The notes under the pieces are model-generated. The model was not told the DNA's origin, did not search any database, and saw only the letters and a program-made list of their open reading frames with translations. A stretch of DNA of 64,000 nt from Balamuthia mandrillaris (lineage: Eukaryota), in assembly GCA_031835245.2 (NCBI GenBank), contig JAVKOQ020000031.1:186001-250000 (forward strand), read 5' to 3'. The translations under genes and the position numbers were made by a program. Positions 24,749-37,522 of this stretch are shown here, one piece after another. The first letter of the stretch is position 1. Each line of letters opens with the position of its first letter.

Positions 24749-26768
24749 ATGTCGTCCATGTTGAACAAAGGCGACAAACTGGCAGTCATTTTGTCCAGGA
24801 GAGGCGTCACTGGTTGGTCCCGTTTCAAAACACACAATTTCAGTTTGCTATCGACCAGTGGTGCCTCTTCCCTTCTCTTTCGTCAACCTCAACTATCGTC
24901 CCCTTCTCCATTCTCGCTGCCTAAAAGAAGAAGCAGTTTCAAAAAAGGCGTATTTCAAGAAGGTAGCACTTCTCTCTTCTTTATTTATTTACTGTTTGTT
25001 GACGTCTTTTTTTCTCTCCAGAGTTTTATGAAGTTGAAAACGAAGAACTCGAATGCGATGCTCCATCGGAGCTGTCTTTCCCAACCAACACCTCTCTTTT
25101 GCTCGCTCAACGCGAAGACCAAACAACAACCGTTCAAGAAAAGAGGACTGTAGCTCTCCGCCGCAAGGAAAAGGGTAACGAACACAACGATGAACAGTTT
25201 GCCTTTGAAATAGCGGACCTTCCTACCAAACTGCAGACTTCCGGCCTCCACGTTAGCTCCTTGACGGACCCGAAGCTGCGCGTTGTGGAGCAGAGGGTGA
25301 TACAACCAACCAATCGCTTAGTTGGAAGAACAGTTTCCGTTAGGAGAAATGAGAAGGAGAGTATCGTTGGAACATTGGTTGGTGCTTTGCAAGATGGAAC
25401 GTTGCTCATTCAACATCAGAACGAGGACAAAGTGTCGCTTTGTAAAAACCCAGAGAGCATTACCGTGGAAGACGTTTCTGATGTTCCCAACATGACTTTC
25501 TCTGCATCGCCTGTGCTTCGTGGCAACGCTCTCACCTCGCAAGAAGGTCCTCATGACATCAACCTTCTCTACCGTACGTCTATCTTTCTTCGTTCTATGA
25601 AAAAAAAAACAAGTTTGAGAGAGGGAGAAGAGACGGAGGAGACAAGGAGGGAGAGAGAAAGAAGGAGAGAGAAGGGAACTAAACTTACACATGCATAAAC
25701 AGCCACAACCGGATTTAATTGGTCAGCAGCCTACACGGTATTGTTGCTTTCAGAGAACGAAGCACGCCTAAGTGGTTCATGCAACATCTCCAACTCGACC
25801 GGCAAATCCTTTCAAGGTGCAGCTGTGACGCTTCTCTCCGAAGAAACCGCCATAGCAGAGTTTGCGAGCAAATACACCCATTGCACCTCATCATGGGCCA
25901 AGTTCAAAGGGCATGCGGAGAGGTTCTCTCATCAGCGACCTATCGCCTACATCGTGCCGAGGCCGTTGTCTCTGCCGGATGGTCAAACCACTCAGGTGCC
26001 GCTGTTGAACGGTTCGTTTACCTTTGAAACATTTAACTTGGTATGTATAGCTACTCTTGCTGTTGCTGTGTCTTATCTCCATTCATCTGATGTTGTCTAT
26101 TCTTGTTCGTAGTATCGAGGAACGCATAAGCATCGAGATACGCCAAACCTCTGTTACGCAGACAACACTTTCCAGAGGAGCAAACACCCATTCAAAAGGT
26201 CATCAAGTTGCAAACCAACATCAGCTCTTCTTCTTCTTCGTCTCCCGCTTCTCTTCCATTCGGTGTGGTCTCCATTCTTCAACAAAACGGTTCGTTCCTT
26301 TCACACGTTCACACAGCCGCGATGCCTCCTCTTTCCTCTGCTTCGGATATCTATCTGCCTCTGCACGAACCCTATCCGCACATCGTTGGACGGAGGGAAC
26401 AGCTCCACTTTGAGCTGGACGACGAGGATGAGGACTGCAACAGGCTGACGGAAAAGATCTCCATCAAACTTACGAACAAGTCGATGGCCAAAGAGGAAGA
26501 GGTGGTCGTCGAAGAGGCAATGTATCGATGGAACAAGTTTCGAGTGGAGAACATGTCGCACCCACCTGCGGTGAGGGGAGATGAGGAGAACCCAACCTTT
26601 GTGTGGAAGATCAAGGTGAAGCCGGCTTCTACGGAGGAACTTGTGTACACCGTGACCTACGTTGGTCTTCCTGCGAAAGCTAATTCCTATGCTAATTCCT
26701 CGATTTCCAAGAAGGTTGTAAGGAAGGGGAGGTCCATCTTGTGGGCACTGTTTGTCCTTTTTGTCTGA
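24749..26768 (+). CDS. DUF4139-like protein with presequence-like N-terminus and hydrophobic C-terminal tail, multi-exon
   Basis: Y.TTGFNWSAAYTVLL, ISNSTGKSFQGAAVTLLS, YIVPRPLSLPDGQTTQVPLL, ISIKLTNK...VVVEEAM...FVWKIKVKPASTEELVYTVTY. Confidence 0.65.
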
Positions 26769-26895
26769 AACAAAAATGCAAGAAAAAAGCGAAAGAGAAA
26801 CGAGAGAGAAAGACAAAGAACAAAAGAGAAAGAGAAAAAGCAATAAACACGCAGCAACAGAACAATCAAAAAAAAAAGGCTTGTTAGGCAGGGTT

Positions 26896-27834
26896 TTAAG
26901 GACCAAGCACTCGCTCCAAATACTCGTTTGCAAAGAGTCTATCAGGATCCATTTCATTTCTGATGCTTTGAAACTTTTTCCAATTCCCTCCGTACATTTC
27001 CTCAAGTTGGGCCGAAGTCAACTCGAACTCTTTGGCCCAGTGAGGACGTCCTCCAAGTTTTGTCATTATACGTTCCACCGCCCTAAAGTATTCTTTCGTT
27101 CCAGGTGCATCTGTTTTAAAAAAAGAATTGTTAACGCAAAGAAAGAGGACAGACGATAAGATAGAAGAAAAAAAGGAAAACCAAACCAATGCCATAAGGC
27201 CTATACATTATGTTTCCAATATAACACGAGTCCCGATCATGCGTTGTGCTCAAAAGTGTTCCTTCATCCTGCTTCACGAACCGAAACTCCACTGAGAAAT
27301 GGACATAAAGGTTCAGTTCTTTGATGACCTTCTGCAACTCTTCCACCGCTGCTCGAACGTTGGAAAGAGGAAGAGCCCACTCGCTCACGTACTGTCGGAA
27401 GAGACAGTCAAAAGTGAATATACGATCGTATCTGTCTACCTTTTCCAGTGTTTTGGAGAAGAGTAAACGACTGTATGTGCTATTGATTTGCTGGAGCAAT
27501 GCTGGTCGCCATGTTGCTGCCTTAAAGAGGACGAAGACGTTAGAATGAAGAATAATGAAAGCAGAAAGAAGAAAGGGAAAAACAAATTACATAAAAAAGA
27601 ACAAAAAAAGACGAAGAAGCGAACCCAAAGAAGTCCTTCGTAAAGCTTTCTGTTGACGATGTAATGCAACGTGCTGTCGGTTAAGGTTTTGGAAGGAGTG
27701 GGTTTACGAGTGGTTCGATTGGCTTTCCACACGAAACAATTATCCGTATGTGGCACCCACCAAAACCGAAAATGTTCTATTTGTCATTTTACACAAGCTT
27801 TCATAAGATAAACTAACAACACTGACACTAAGTG

Positions 27835-27872
<38 letters not shown>

Positions 27873-29306
27873 CAGCAGAGTTAATATCGTTTTCAAGATT
27901 GTCTAGAAGGTCAGAGAGTTTCATCGGATATTCAGTACTGTGTAGATTATACAATGGTTCGCATTTTATGGTCACTACCAGAAATATTAGCGTTAAATGA
28001 AAAAGCAGAGGAAAGAGAGCCAGAAACAAACGTACAGGTAGATATGATGCCAAGAGCTCCTAAGCTGCATAAGGCGGCTGAGAACAGGTCGGGACGAGTA
28101 TCTTCTGAACAATAGAAAGTTTCACCTTTCGCATCGATGATTTCCATCGCCACCACACTGCTTGACAAACTCCCATAGTTTATTCCTGTTCCTTTATATC
28201 CCAAAAAAAAAGTCAGACAAACAAATGCAGAACAAAGGAAGAAAAGAACGAATGAAGAAAAATGCTACTAAAAGAAGTTGCTACCATGTGTTCCTGTAGA
28301 AATAGCGCCAGCAATGCTTTGATCAAGAATGGAGCCTAAGTTAGACAGAGCAAGCTTATGTTCTGCTAGCTTCTCCACTAGCTCTTTTAATCGGATTCCT
28401 GATTGGACCTTTTACAAAATGAAAGTAAGGAATAGCAAAAGAAGAACAACAAGAACAACAAGAACAACAAGAAGGAGAAGAACAAGGAGAGCTGGACAGC
28501 TAAAGTGAAATGAGAGAAGAGCACAACAGACGAAATGGAGAACCTTGACAAGAGGACCCTCCACAGAAAGGATCTTGTTGTAGAATTCCAAAGAGACCAT
28601 ATGCCCTTTGGTAATGGCACAATTGGTTGGGGAGTGTCCAGCGCCCACCACCTTCACTTTTTCTCCTTCTTCTCTTGCTCTGTTGTCCATTATTATCGTT
28701 CTTCAGATTCAGTAAAGAAGAAGAACAAGAAGAAGAACAAGAAGAAGAAGAAGAAGAAGAAGAAGAAGAACGAAGAAGAAGAAGAAGAACAAGAAGAAGA
28801 AGAAGAAGAAGAAGAAGAAGAAGAAGAAGAACAAGAACAAGAACAAGAACAAGAACAAGAACAAGAAGAAGAACAAGAACAAGAACAAGAAGAAGAAGAA
28901 GAACAAGAAGAACAAGAACAAGAACAAAGGAAGAGAGAAGAAAAAAACGCTTCTTTTACCGATGAATGATTTCTTTGAGCTCCAGCTCGGTGGAGGGAGT
29001 GTGAAAATATCTCGGCACACAAGAATGAGTTTCGGCCCAATTATGCCATCGCTGATAGTTCTCTTTGAACTTTACTCGTGTGGCTGTTGCGGTTGCGGCC
29101 GAAGTTGCATGCGCCAGCAACAAAGATGCAAAACGATCCTCTTCTGCAGGAGCGTTCAAGTGCCGAAGATGCTTTTTTTTTTTGAATGAAAAAAGAGATA
29201 AACTATTAAATCAACACATCTGAGGGAAGAACAGTACCACAAAGAGTCTTTTGTTAGCGACGCTCACAGCCGGACGCTTGTCCAACGTTGCCTCAGGGAC
29301 TTCCAT
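26896..29306 (-). CDS. L-gulonolactone / D-arabinono-1,4-lactone oxidase family FAD oxidase, multi-exon
   Basis: WHNWAET, VKVVGAGHSP (covalent-FAD His), LSNLGSILDQSIAGAISTGTHGTG, ALCSLGALGIIS, FDCLFRQYVSEWALP, GGRPHWAK. Confidence 0.9.
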
Positions 29307-29549
29307 AGCCTTGGTGTCCTCTCTTTCTTTTTAACTTTCTTTTTTAAATTTTTTCGACGAAGGAAATACGACAATTGACGAATCATCGACACCATATGAT
29401 AACTATCGACAATTATTGGTTCCCTTCCCGCGACGTTGTAGCATGCTGACGTAATATTATCGATAATTATTGTCATTGTTATTCAAGCAATTGCTCCCCA
29501 TGGGTTGTTGTTGCTGTTTTGTTTGGTTGTGGAGGAGGAAAAAGGTTAT

Positions 29550-30918
29550 TTAATGTTTGCGAAACCGAAGGATGTTTTTGTTGTTCTGCCAAGCCCCTTC
29601 AAAGCCAAACTTACACTCCGCAAAGCGTCCCACAAGCTCTTCTCTTGTCTGTCGAAAGCGGGGACTGAGCGAAGCTATCGTAGGGGCATAGATCGAAAGG
29701 AAAGCCCCACTTTTGACGAACGGGTACAAACTTTGCAAAAACTCGGAAGAGTAGACGTGCCGCATGATGGACCGTTTGGGAGGGTCGATGATGACGCTGT
29801 CAAAGAGCCTCTGCTGCTTTCGCAGCGTGTTCCAGAACCGAACGTGGTTGCGTTGGAGGTCCACCGGAAAGTAGCAACGCAGCCGTTGTAGATAGCTCTC
29901 GTCCTGGAACAAAGGCATGGAGGCAGGGTTCCTGCTGGCCAAACGCACCACCTCGGGATATTTCTGTTATATAATAAAAATCCCGATTGGTCAAAAGTCA
30001 CCAAATAAATCGCCGAACCGACAAATAAGGAAAGAACGGAGAATTTCCTCGTTAGAACACACGCACCTCGAAGCTCACCACGGCGCTCGCCCCGGCATTC
30101 AATGCTTCCAAAGAGCAGTACCCCAAGCCAAAGAAGAGGTCCAACGTGAAATGGTGAGGGGCCACCTCCGCCGCCATCGTCAAGGCTTTGCTAAAGTCCT
30201 GTGTGGTTTTACAGCCGCTGGAGTGATGCATTTTGAGCCCCGAGAGGGAGAGCATGGAGCCGACCACCGTTGGCGTTGACGTTGAGGGTGGGTCGTTTGG
30301 TTGAACTTGGTCTTCGTCTTGTTCTTGTTTTGTTTTGATGCTTGTTTCTGGGCGTGGTTCGCTTAGTAGGAGCTCAGTTCCATCCACAGCAGTCGCCATC
30401 AGTGGCCGAAAGGTTCCGATCCTTCTATTTGCTCTCTGCTGATAGAAAACTTGGTCCTTGCCTTGCTTCTCCCTCTCCCTCTCTGTCTCTGTTTCTGTCT
30501 CTTCCTCTCCCTCTTCCTCTTCTTCTTCGTTGTCCTTGTGATGCTTCCGCACTCGATTTTTCTGCACAAACACTTCGAAGGATATGTTGGAGTGAAGCAC
30601 ATGCCGGATGACAGCCTTGGGTATTTCCACGCCTTCATACAACGCCACCAGGTCCTCCTCGTCTTGCCCTTGTCCTCCTTCCTGTTCTGGCGGTAGCAGT
30701 GCTTGCAGTGCTGCTTGCTCTCTTCTTATCCTGTTGGACAGCTGGAAAGGCAGAAAGCGAGAGCCAAAGTCGCAGGGAGCGATCACGGTGATGTCCTCGA
30801 ATGAAGGGAGAGAGCTGTGCTGAAGGAGTGTCTGCAAAGTGCTTCTGGAGAGAATGAAGGTTGGCTTTGGCTTGCGTCCCAACGCTGCCAGCTTGGCCGC
30901 AGTGACCCGGTTGTTCAT
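29550..30918 (-). CDS. SAM-dependent methyltransferase resembling archaeal COG2521; intron 29964-30066
   Basis: SLSGLKMHH, LDLFFGLGYCSLEALNAGASAVVSFEKYPEVVRLASRNP, FDSVIIDPPK...VYSSEFLQSLYPFVKSGAFL. Confidence 0.7.
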
Positions 30919-31468
30919 TCTTCTCTCTTCGTTTCTTATTAAATTTTCTGTCGATATTTTTTCGTTTTTGCGGACAATTATCCATGGAAAATTGTCCTCA
31001 AATATCAATAATCCCATTTTACCTACAATAATCCGCGAAAATTCTAATTTTTGAAATATCTGTATTCTTGCGGACATCATTTTGATTTTGTCCAAATTTT
31101 AGGATAATTCTTCAAAATTATCGAACCTCAATGAAGATAGAAGAACAGCAAAGAGAAGAAGAGGAGGAGGAAGAAGAGAGCGATCAACAGGTCCCTGACG
31201 AGGTGACAAAAGAAGCGGTGGAAGAAAAGGCTGCCAGCAGATTTCAGATTGAAAACGCGCCCTTTGATCAGATTCACGCCCGTCTTTCTCCCGTTACCGT
31301 TCGACCCCTTTTCGCTGCTTTTATTTCTTTTTCTCTTTCTCCTTCCTTTACTTCTTCATCTTCATCTTCAGCTTTCTTCTTCTTCTTCTCTTTTTTTTCT
31401 TTCTAAAATGATCAAATTATTTGACAAAGAAAAAAGTGACAACGAAAAGTGGTGATCAATCGACAAAA

Positions 31469-32195
31469 ATGAGTGACGCTTCGACCTCGAGGGACCAAAG
31501 CGAGAGACGACCTCACGAAGAACAAGGAGAAGAGCAAGAACAGCAGCAGCTGTTGTTGCCGCATAACACAGCGGCGCATGCCTTGGCCATGGAAACCATT
31601 GCGTTGGTCAACCAAGGAGACACTGCCTATACTCTGGACTTGCAGGCTCAAATGTTTGTTCCTCTTTTCTTCTTTCTTTCTGCATTCTCCTTTGCTGCTT
31701 TCCCCTGGCTTCTTGCTTTGATTCTTTCTTCATTCAGCCGTCTTCTCTCTTTGTGCTTCTTTACTTTGTTCTTCTTTTCTCTTTCTTCTTTCTTCTTAGC
31801 TTCTTTCCTCTTTCTTCTATTCTCTCTTCTTCCTTATATTCTTCTTCTTCATTCTTCTTGTTCTTTCCACTTTCTTCGCTCTGCTTTTTCTCCTTGTCTC
31901 TCATTTGCCTTTTATTTTATACACCAAAACAAACAGTTATAAGTGCTTAGATGCGACTCAACAAACTCTTCACTCTTTCAACAACTACTCCGAGGATTTG
32001 TATCGTCGGTATCAACGCGACATGGAGACGCACACACGAACCATGAAAGAGATGAAACGGGACCTTGAATACATTTTTAAGAAGACCAGGTTCCTTTCTC
32101 CTTCCTTTCTTTCATTTCTTTTCTAATGATGATGATTCCATAGAATGCTGAAAGATCGCTTGGACAGTAGTCATCCCATCCCTGAAGAGGACTAG
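31469..32195 (+). CDS. KXD1: KxDL-motif protein KXD1 (BORC/BLOC-1 associated), 3 exons
   Basis: LDATQQTLHSFNNYSEDLYRRYQRDMETHTRTMKEMKRDLEYIFKKTR. An extra upstream exon from 31131 is possible. Confidence 0.8.
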
Positions 32196-32534
32196 CCTCA
32201 AATGCAAGCCACAAAAATAAAATACACACCCCAAGAGAACGTGAACAAGAGCAGCAGAGAAGAAAGAGAAGCAGAAAAGCAGGGAAGCAGAGAAGAAGAA
32301 GCAAGAACAAGGAAAGAGAAGAGAGAAGAGAGCAGAGAGCAGAGAGCAGAGAGCAGAGGAGAGAAGAAAGTGAATAACGGTTGCTCTCGCCACTGCCGTT
32401 AGGGCCGATGATCACGTTGAAGAGCAGAGCTGGAGAGAACTCCACGTCATCGCATTACAAACAGGAGTTGAAAAAAAGTTACTGCTGGGTCAAGGCGAAA
32501 TGCTGACCAACCCTCTGGTTTATTATTTAAACTT

Positions 32535-33055
32535 TTACCAGGGAAGGTCAGGGAATTCCCAGTCTTCATCGCTAGTAGCTTGCATGTCCACGATGGCTTG
32601 GGCACCAGGAATCCAGGAAGGTACCAAGCGAAGATCGTCCTCCATCAGCTGGTGCTGATAGAACAGCTTGGCGTCGCCAAAGTAAGACCTGGTAGGAGAG
32701 TTGATCAACCAGACCTCAGCGATCTTGGCGAGGCTCATGTAATGGTCGGCAGCGCTCTTTTGGGCGTACACGTCGTACAGCTGGCCTGCATTGTGGAACG
32801 ATATCATTAGCTGGTGAAGGCAGCAACGAGAACAAAGGCTCGCTTACCCTGGGGAAGAGACTCAAGTTGATCCAGCCATGAAACCTTGGCTTCCGGATCG
32901 TCGGGGAACATATTGTGGACTTGTTTGGTGGGGTGCAACACCAAACGGAAAGGGAAGAGCGGTTTGGCCACCGGGGCTCCACTCTCAGTGTAACTAGCAA
33001 AGTCAGACAATCCGACTTGCATTGGAAAGTTAGGAATCTCAACGAGAGAGGAAGG

Positions 33056-33096
<41 letters not shown>

Positions 33097-34022
33097 AGAC
33101 AGGGAAACGGGAAGAGAGACAGAGAATAAGACAGACAGGAACAAGGAGCGAAAGCGGTGGGAGGAGAGAGGATCTACACCCATGGTGGGCCACTGGGAAG
33201 CGGACTTGAACAACTTTACAAGCAAAGATAAAGCGGATGCAGAAGCATACTTGCCCAGCATGGGAACGTGGTTGGTGAGGTCGTGCTCGAAGAAATTGGG
33301 ATGTTCTCCCTCAAGAACATCCCCACGAAGTTACCACTCTTAATCCCGTTTCTCAAGCATTTAACCGCGAGACCTGATAACGGACCAAGCCCAGGTAACG
33401 TTAGCGTCCCCGAATCCAACTGCTTCGAACTAGACAAAAACACTTACCAGGAACCATGGGATAAGCAGAAAAAGGTTCTTCGGCCTTCATGAGGGAGAGA
33501 CGGACTTAGCATTGCGAAGCCTGGTCAAAGGGTTCGTGTCAGCATGCAGCCGGGAAGGGATAATCACAGCATCCGCAAAGGGAGCTACTTTTTACTTACC
33601 CCTTGGAACAGACCAGTGTAAGGGTGTTTACCGGTGCTCTTCCAGACCATAGGAGCAACAGCCCCTGCAGTTGTGGAAGATCCGTTATCCTTAGGGTCAT
33701 GACGGACCATTTGTAAGGAGCAACATACCAACAGTGTGTATGAGCTTCAAGCGGGGAGAAGCCTCTACGGGCATATCGTCGGAAGCGGAGGTGAAGGTGG
33801 TGTTCATATTTTCGGAGTACAACCACTGTACCTGCCAGGCAGCGTACCATTCTTCCTGCTGCGGTTCCTTGAGGACGGAATTCCAAAGCGCCCTCTCCTT
33901 CTCGGCAGCACTCTGTTCCTGATAAGCCGAACCATTGAAGCTGGGGTAGTCGTCGTGAGCAAATGCCGAGCCACACAGGCCAAGCGCAACCAAGCAACAC
34001 GCTTCGCGCTGGGTTCTTCATG
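32535..34022 (-). pseudogene. Secreted catalase-like family protein, apparently disrupted
   Basis: Signal peptide; KLIHTVG..HPYTGLFQG, PGLAVKCLRNG, NFFEHDLTNHV, GDAKLFYQHQ. In-frame TAA at 33506-33508 (ASQC*VRLS) and a frameshift near 33315 (GMF|..EGEHPNFFEHD). Confidence 0.55.
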
Positions 34023-34239
34023 TTTAGTGGTGCTGAGCCAGTCGAAACTAAACACAAAAAAAGATATTTTATTTCATACTATCATCCCTAACATGGTTGA
34101 CCGAACCGGCATGTAACCAAAGATAGGCTGCCTTCCGTTCCGTTGTCAACGAGTTCTTATGCAGTAACGAAAAAACGGCGAAGAAAAGAAGATTTTATCG
34201 GTGTATTGTTTTCGTCATAAAAAAGATAACGAAATCGCA

Positions 34240-34400
34240 GGAATGTCCCGGTTGCCATGTGGAACTTGCATTGTCCATGATAAGCACATCCCCCTGCACA
34301 AGATGGCCACCCACCAGGGCAAACGTTGATGAATGAGATGAGGTCATCTGCACTGCAGCGAGTCCTCTCGACGGTCCTCGGAGGATTTTCAAAAGGACCG
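34240..34400 (-). mobile_element. IS630/Tc1-mariner DDE transposase remnant
   Basis: Frameshifted ...DLISFI.FALVGGHLVQGDVLIMDNAS.H, the second catalytic-Asp motif of DDE_3 transposases. Confidence 0.55.
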
Positions 34401-34616
34401 CTTCTCCTCAGGATGGGCGATTATTGTGATGGAACAGCTGGGAGCTGAAGGAAGGCGCTTGGAGGTGAGTGTTACCCGAGAGTCGACAAGACCTAGCTAC
34501 GGCGGACATCTTTGCCGACAGATCGGCTCTCCATCGCGGGACCTGAGGAAAAATGAATGAACCGAAGACCAGTTGGAAATCGTGTCGACGTGATAGATAA
34601 CACTCAAAATAAAAAT

Positions 34617-34643
34617 TGCGTTTGATGGGATTCGAACCGGGAC
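34617..34643 (-). other. tRNA 3'-end remnant / Pol III B box
   Basis: GTCCCGGTTCGAATCCCATCAAACGCA followed by a T-run; no 5' half visible. Confidence 0.3.
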
Positions 34644-34714
34644 TTACTACGTAGAGAAGGAAGAAAGAGAAACAGGTGCAAAAGTGGCGCAAAGGAAAAG
34701 AAGAAGGGTTAAGG

Positions 34715-37466
34715 ATGGGCATTCCCGGCTACTCCGCCTTCTTCAAGGAAGAGTATCCCTCCGCGGTGACCTCTTTTAAGTGGCGCCAGCAACATGCTAC
34801 TGCGGGTGCGAGTGCCGCTCAAAGGCCATCTGTCTCTCTCGTCTCTCCGACCTCCGCCGCGGAGGAAGTAGTCATCCAAAATCGACACTACGATCACCTT
34901 CTGTTTGACATCAACCAGTTTCTTTACTCCGCTGCGGCCAAGTCGGAAAATGAGGAGCAGGTTTTCGTGCGCACCTTTTCCCAGCTCAACCGCATTTTCC
35001 AGATCTTTCGACCGCACGCCAGCGTCTTTTTGGCTCAAGACGGACCTGGTACGCTTCTTTGGCTTCCTCTCTTCTCTGCTTCTCCTCCTCACTCCCTTCA
35101 TCTCTTCACTTTTCACTTTCTTCTCTCTGGTCACTTCTATCTTTTCACTTCTCTCTTCTCCTTCTCTTCTTCTCTGCGTCTTTCTTAACTCGTGCCCTGT
35201 GTTTCGCTTCTCTTTGATCTTCTCTTTTCTCTCTCTCTCTCTCTCTCTCTCTTGTATTCACTGATGTTGGCTAACTGACACTAACAATAACAACAGCTCC
35301 AGTAGCAAAGTTTATGACACAAAGAGAAAGAAGAGTGAAAAAGGTTGAAAAAGCAAAAGCCAAAGAAGAACTATTGTCAATGAGTTCTCTTGAAGAAGAA
35401 GCAGAAGAGGAGGATGAAAGTAAAGGAACGGAAGAGGACGAGGCTGAGGAAGAGGGCGAAGCAGTCAACGAAACGATAGCAACCAACGGAAAACGATTTG
35501 ACCCTATCAACTTCACTCCGGGAACACCTTTCATGCAACGCTTGAAACAGGCGCTTTGTTACTTTGCTTGCCAGCGTTTAAACCAGCTGCCGTTACAGAA
35601 TGTGAGTTCTCTCTTCTTCTTGTTTCTTCGCCTCTCTTCTCACCTTCTTCTTCTTCTTCTCTCCGTCAACTTTTACCGCTTCAGGTGGCATTTTATGTAT
35701 CGGGTTCAGACAGAGAGGGAGAAGGCGAGCTCAAAATCTTTGAATATTTGGCCTATAATGAGAGTGTACTCTCCACAGACCGCTGTCTCGTTGTTGGCAA
35801 GTGCGTTTTACCTCCTTGTTTTTTCTTTTTCTTCTTCTTTGCTAAAAAAAATTAACGCCTTGTTCATTTTTTTATACAGTGATGCAGACTTGATACTTTA
35901 TGGTACCATGGTTTCATACGTAAACTATCACTTTCAGGTTGACTGACGCCTAGCATCTTTTTTTGTTCCTCTATCTGGATTTCACTCTTAGCAATGATGG
36001 CTTATACGAATGTGGATATATTGCAATGTGACTATGGGACATACCATTTATTTAACATGAGTACTTTCAAGAAACTGCTCCACCAACAAGTGCCTAATGC
36101 GCCTCTTGGTGATTCTCTCTCTACTTTACAATATCCCTTAGTTCTCTTTTCACATCTAACGTAATGATGGCTTTATATTATCATCAGAGGAACTGTTAAT
36201 GGATCTCACTTTCATTTCTCTCCTGGCTGGAAATGACTATCTTCCAAAGCTAAGAGGATTATCTCTGCCAGAGACGTGGAAGTCTTATTTACATTTAAGG
36301 ACAACGAAAGAATACGAAAATAAGCGTCTATTTAATCTAGAGGAGTCCCATTTGGACGTACCTTTTTTTGCTCAAATCTGGGCAATGCAAAAGTTTCAAA
36401 TTGCGTTAAAGGATAGTCGCAAGGTTTCCTCTTCCTCTTCCTCTTCCTCTTCCTCTTCCTCTTCCTCTTCCTCTTCCTCTTCCTCTTCCTCTTCCTCTTC
36501 CTCTTCCTCTTCCTCTTCCTCCTCTTCCTCTTCCTCTTCCTCTTCCTCTTCCTCTTCCTCTTCCTCTTCCATCTTAAAACGAGATTTTTGGTTGACCCGT
36601 TATTTTGCAAACAGAGTGAGCAAAACGTGCGAAGTATTTTTCATTACATGAGATCAAAATATCTGGTAGGAAGCGCAGCCTCCAATCTGTTTCAAAAGGA
36701 AAAGAGTGAACAAGGCTCCAAACTTTTAACCTATGTACCTATCTTGATCCTTTCTTTACTCCATGCTCTTTCTCTGTTAGTTTGTTCCTTACTTTTAAAG
36801 AAAATAGAGTCTGAAGCTTAACGGGGTGAAGTTAGGCACTGCGACAGCAAAATCCGGTAAAGAAGCGCAAACCATTCTTTGTAGGCAAGCTCTTGGTATT
36901 CTTAACGAAGACTCGGAGTCCAGTAAGGTCACCATCGATGCTTCTTCTTCTCCCCTCTTCAAGATGATGAAGGAACAGCACAAAGGCATTACTGAAGACT
37001 TTTATTATTCGGCCATCGCCAACTATTGGGACGACATCACGGTAATTGGAGGTATGCTTCCTCCTTGTGATTTCTCTGTGGCTCCCTCTTTCGAGTTGTT
37101 CTTCTTCTCATTTTGTTCATCACGCTCATAAAACAGTTGACTCTGTTGCGAGCACGATAGAAAACCAAGTCACTAAAACCTATCAACGCAAAAAAAAGAA
37201 CACCGAGCTTATCACAGCCCTGACTCCCGAACAAATTGCCTCACGCGTCAAACAGTACATGCAAGGCATCGTGTGGGCGATGCACTACCTTCAAGGCAAG
37301 TGTATCGACTATAGCTATCACTATCCCTTAGCTATCTCTCCTCAGCCGACTGAAGTCATTGAGCACGTTCCTCATGTCGACTTTCGGTGTGCTCACTCCG
37401 ATACGACCCCACCGTTGCCACTGCCGTTTTTGATGGCATTGCTTCCTTCCAATTCGCCGCATGTTA

Positions 37467-37522
<56 letters not shown>

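Noticed and set aside
33506..33508. Stop-codon reassignment or readthrough
   Set aside because: The TAA co-occurs with a frameshift, and neighbouring conserved genes use TAA, TAG and TGA as normal stops.
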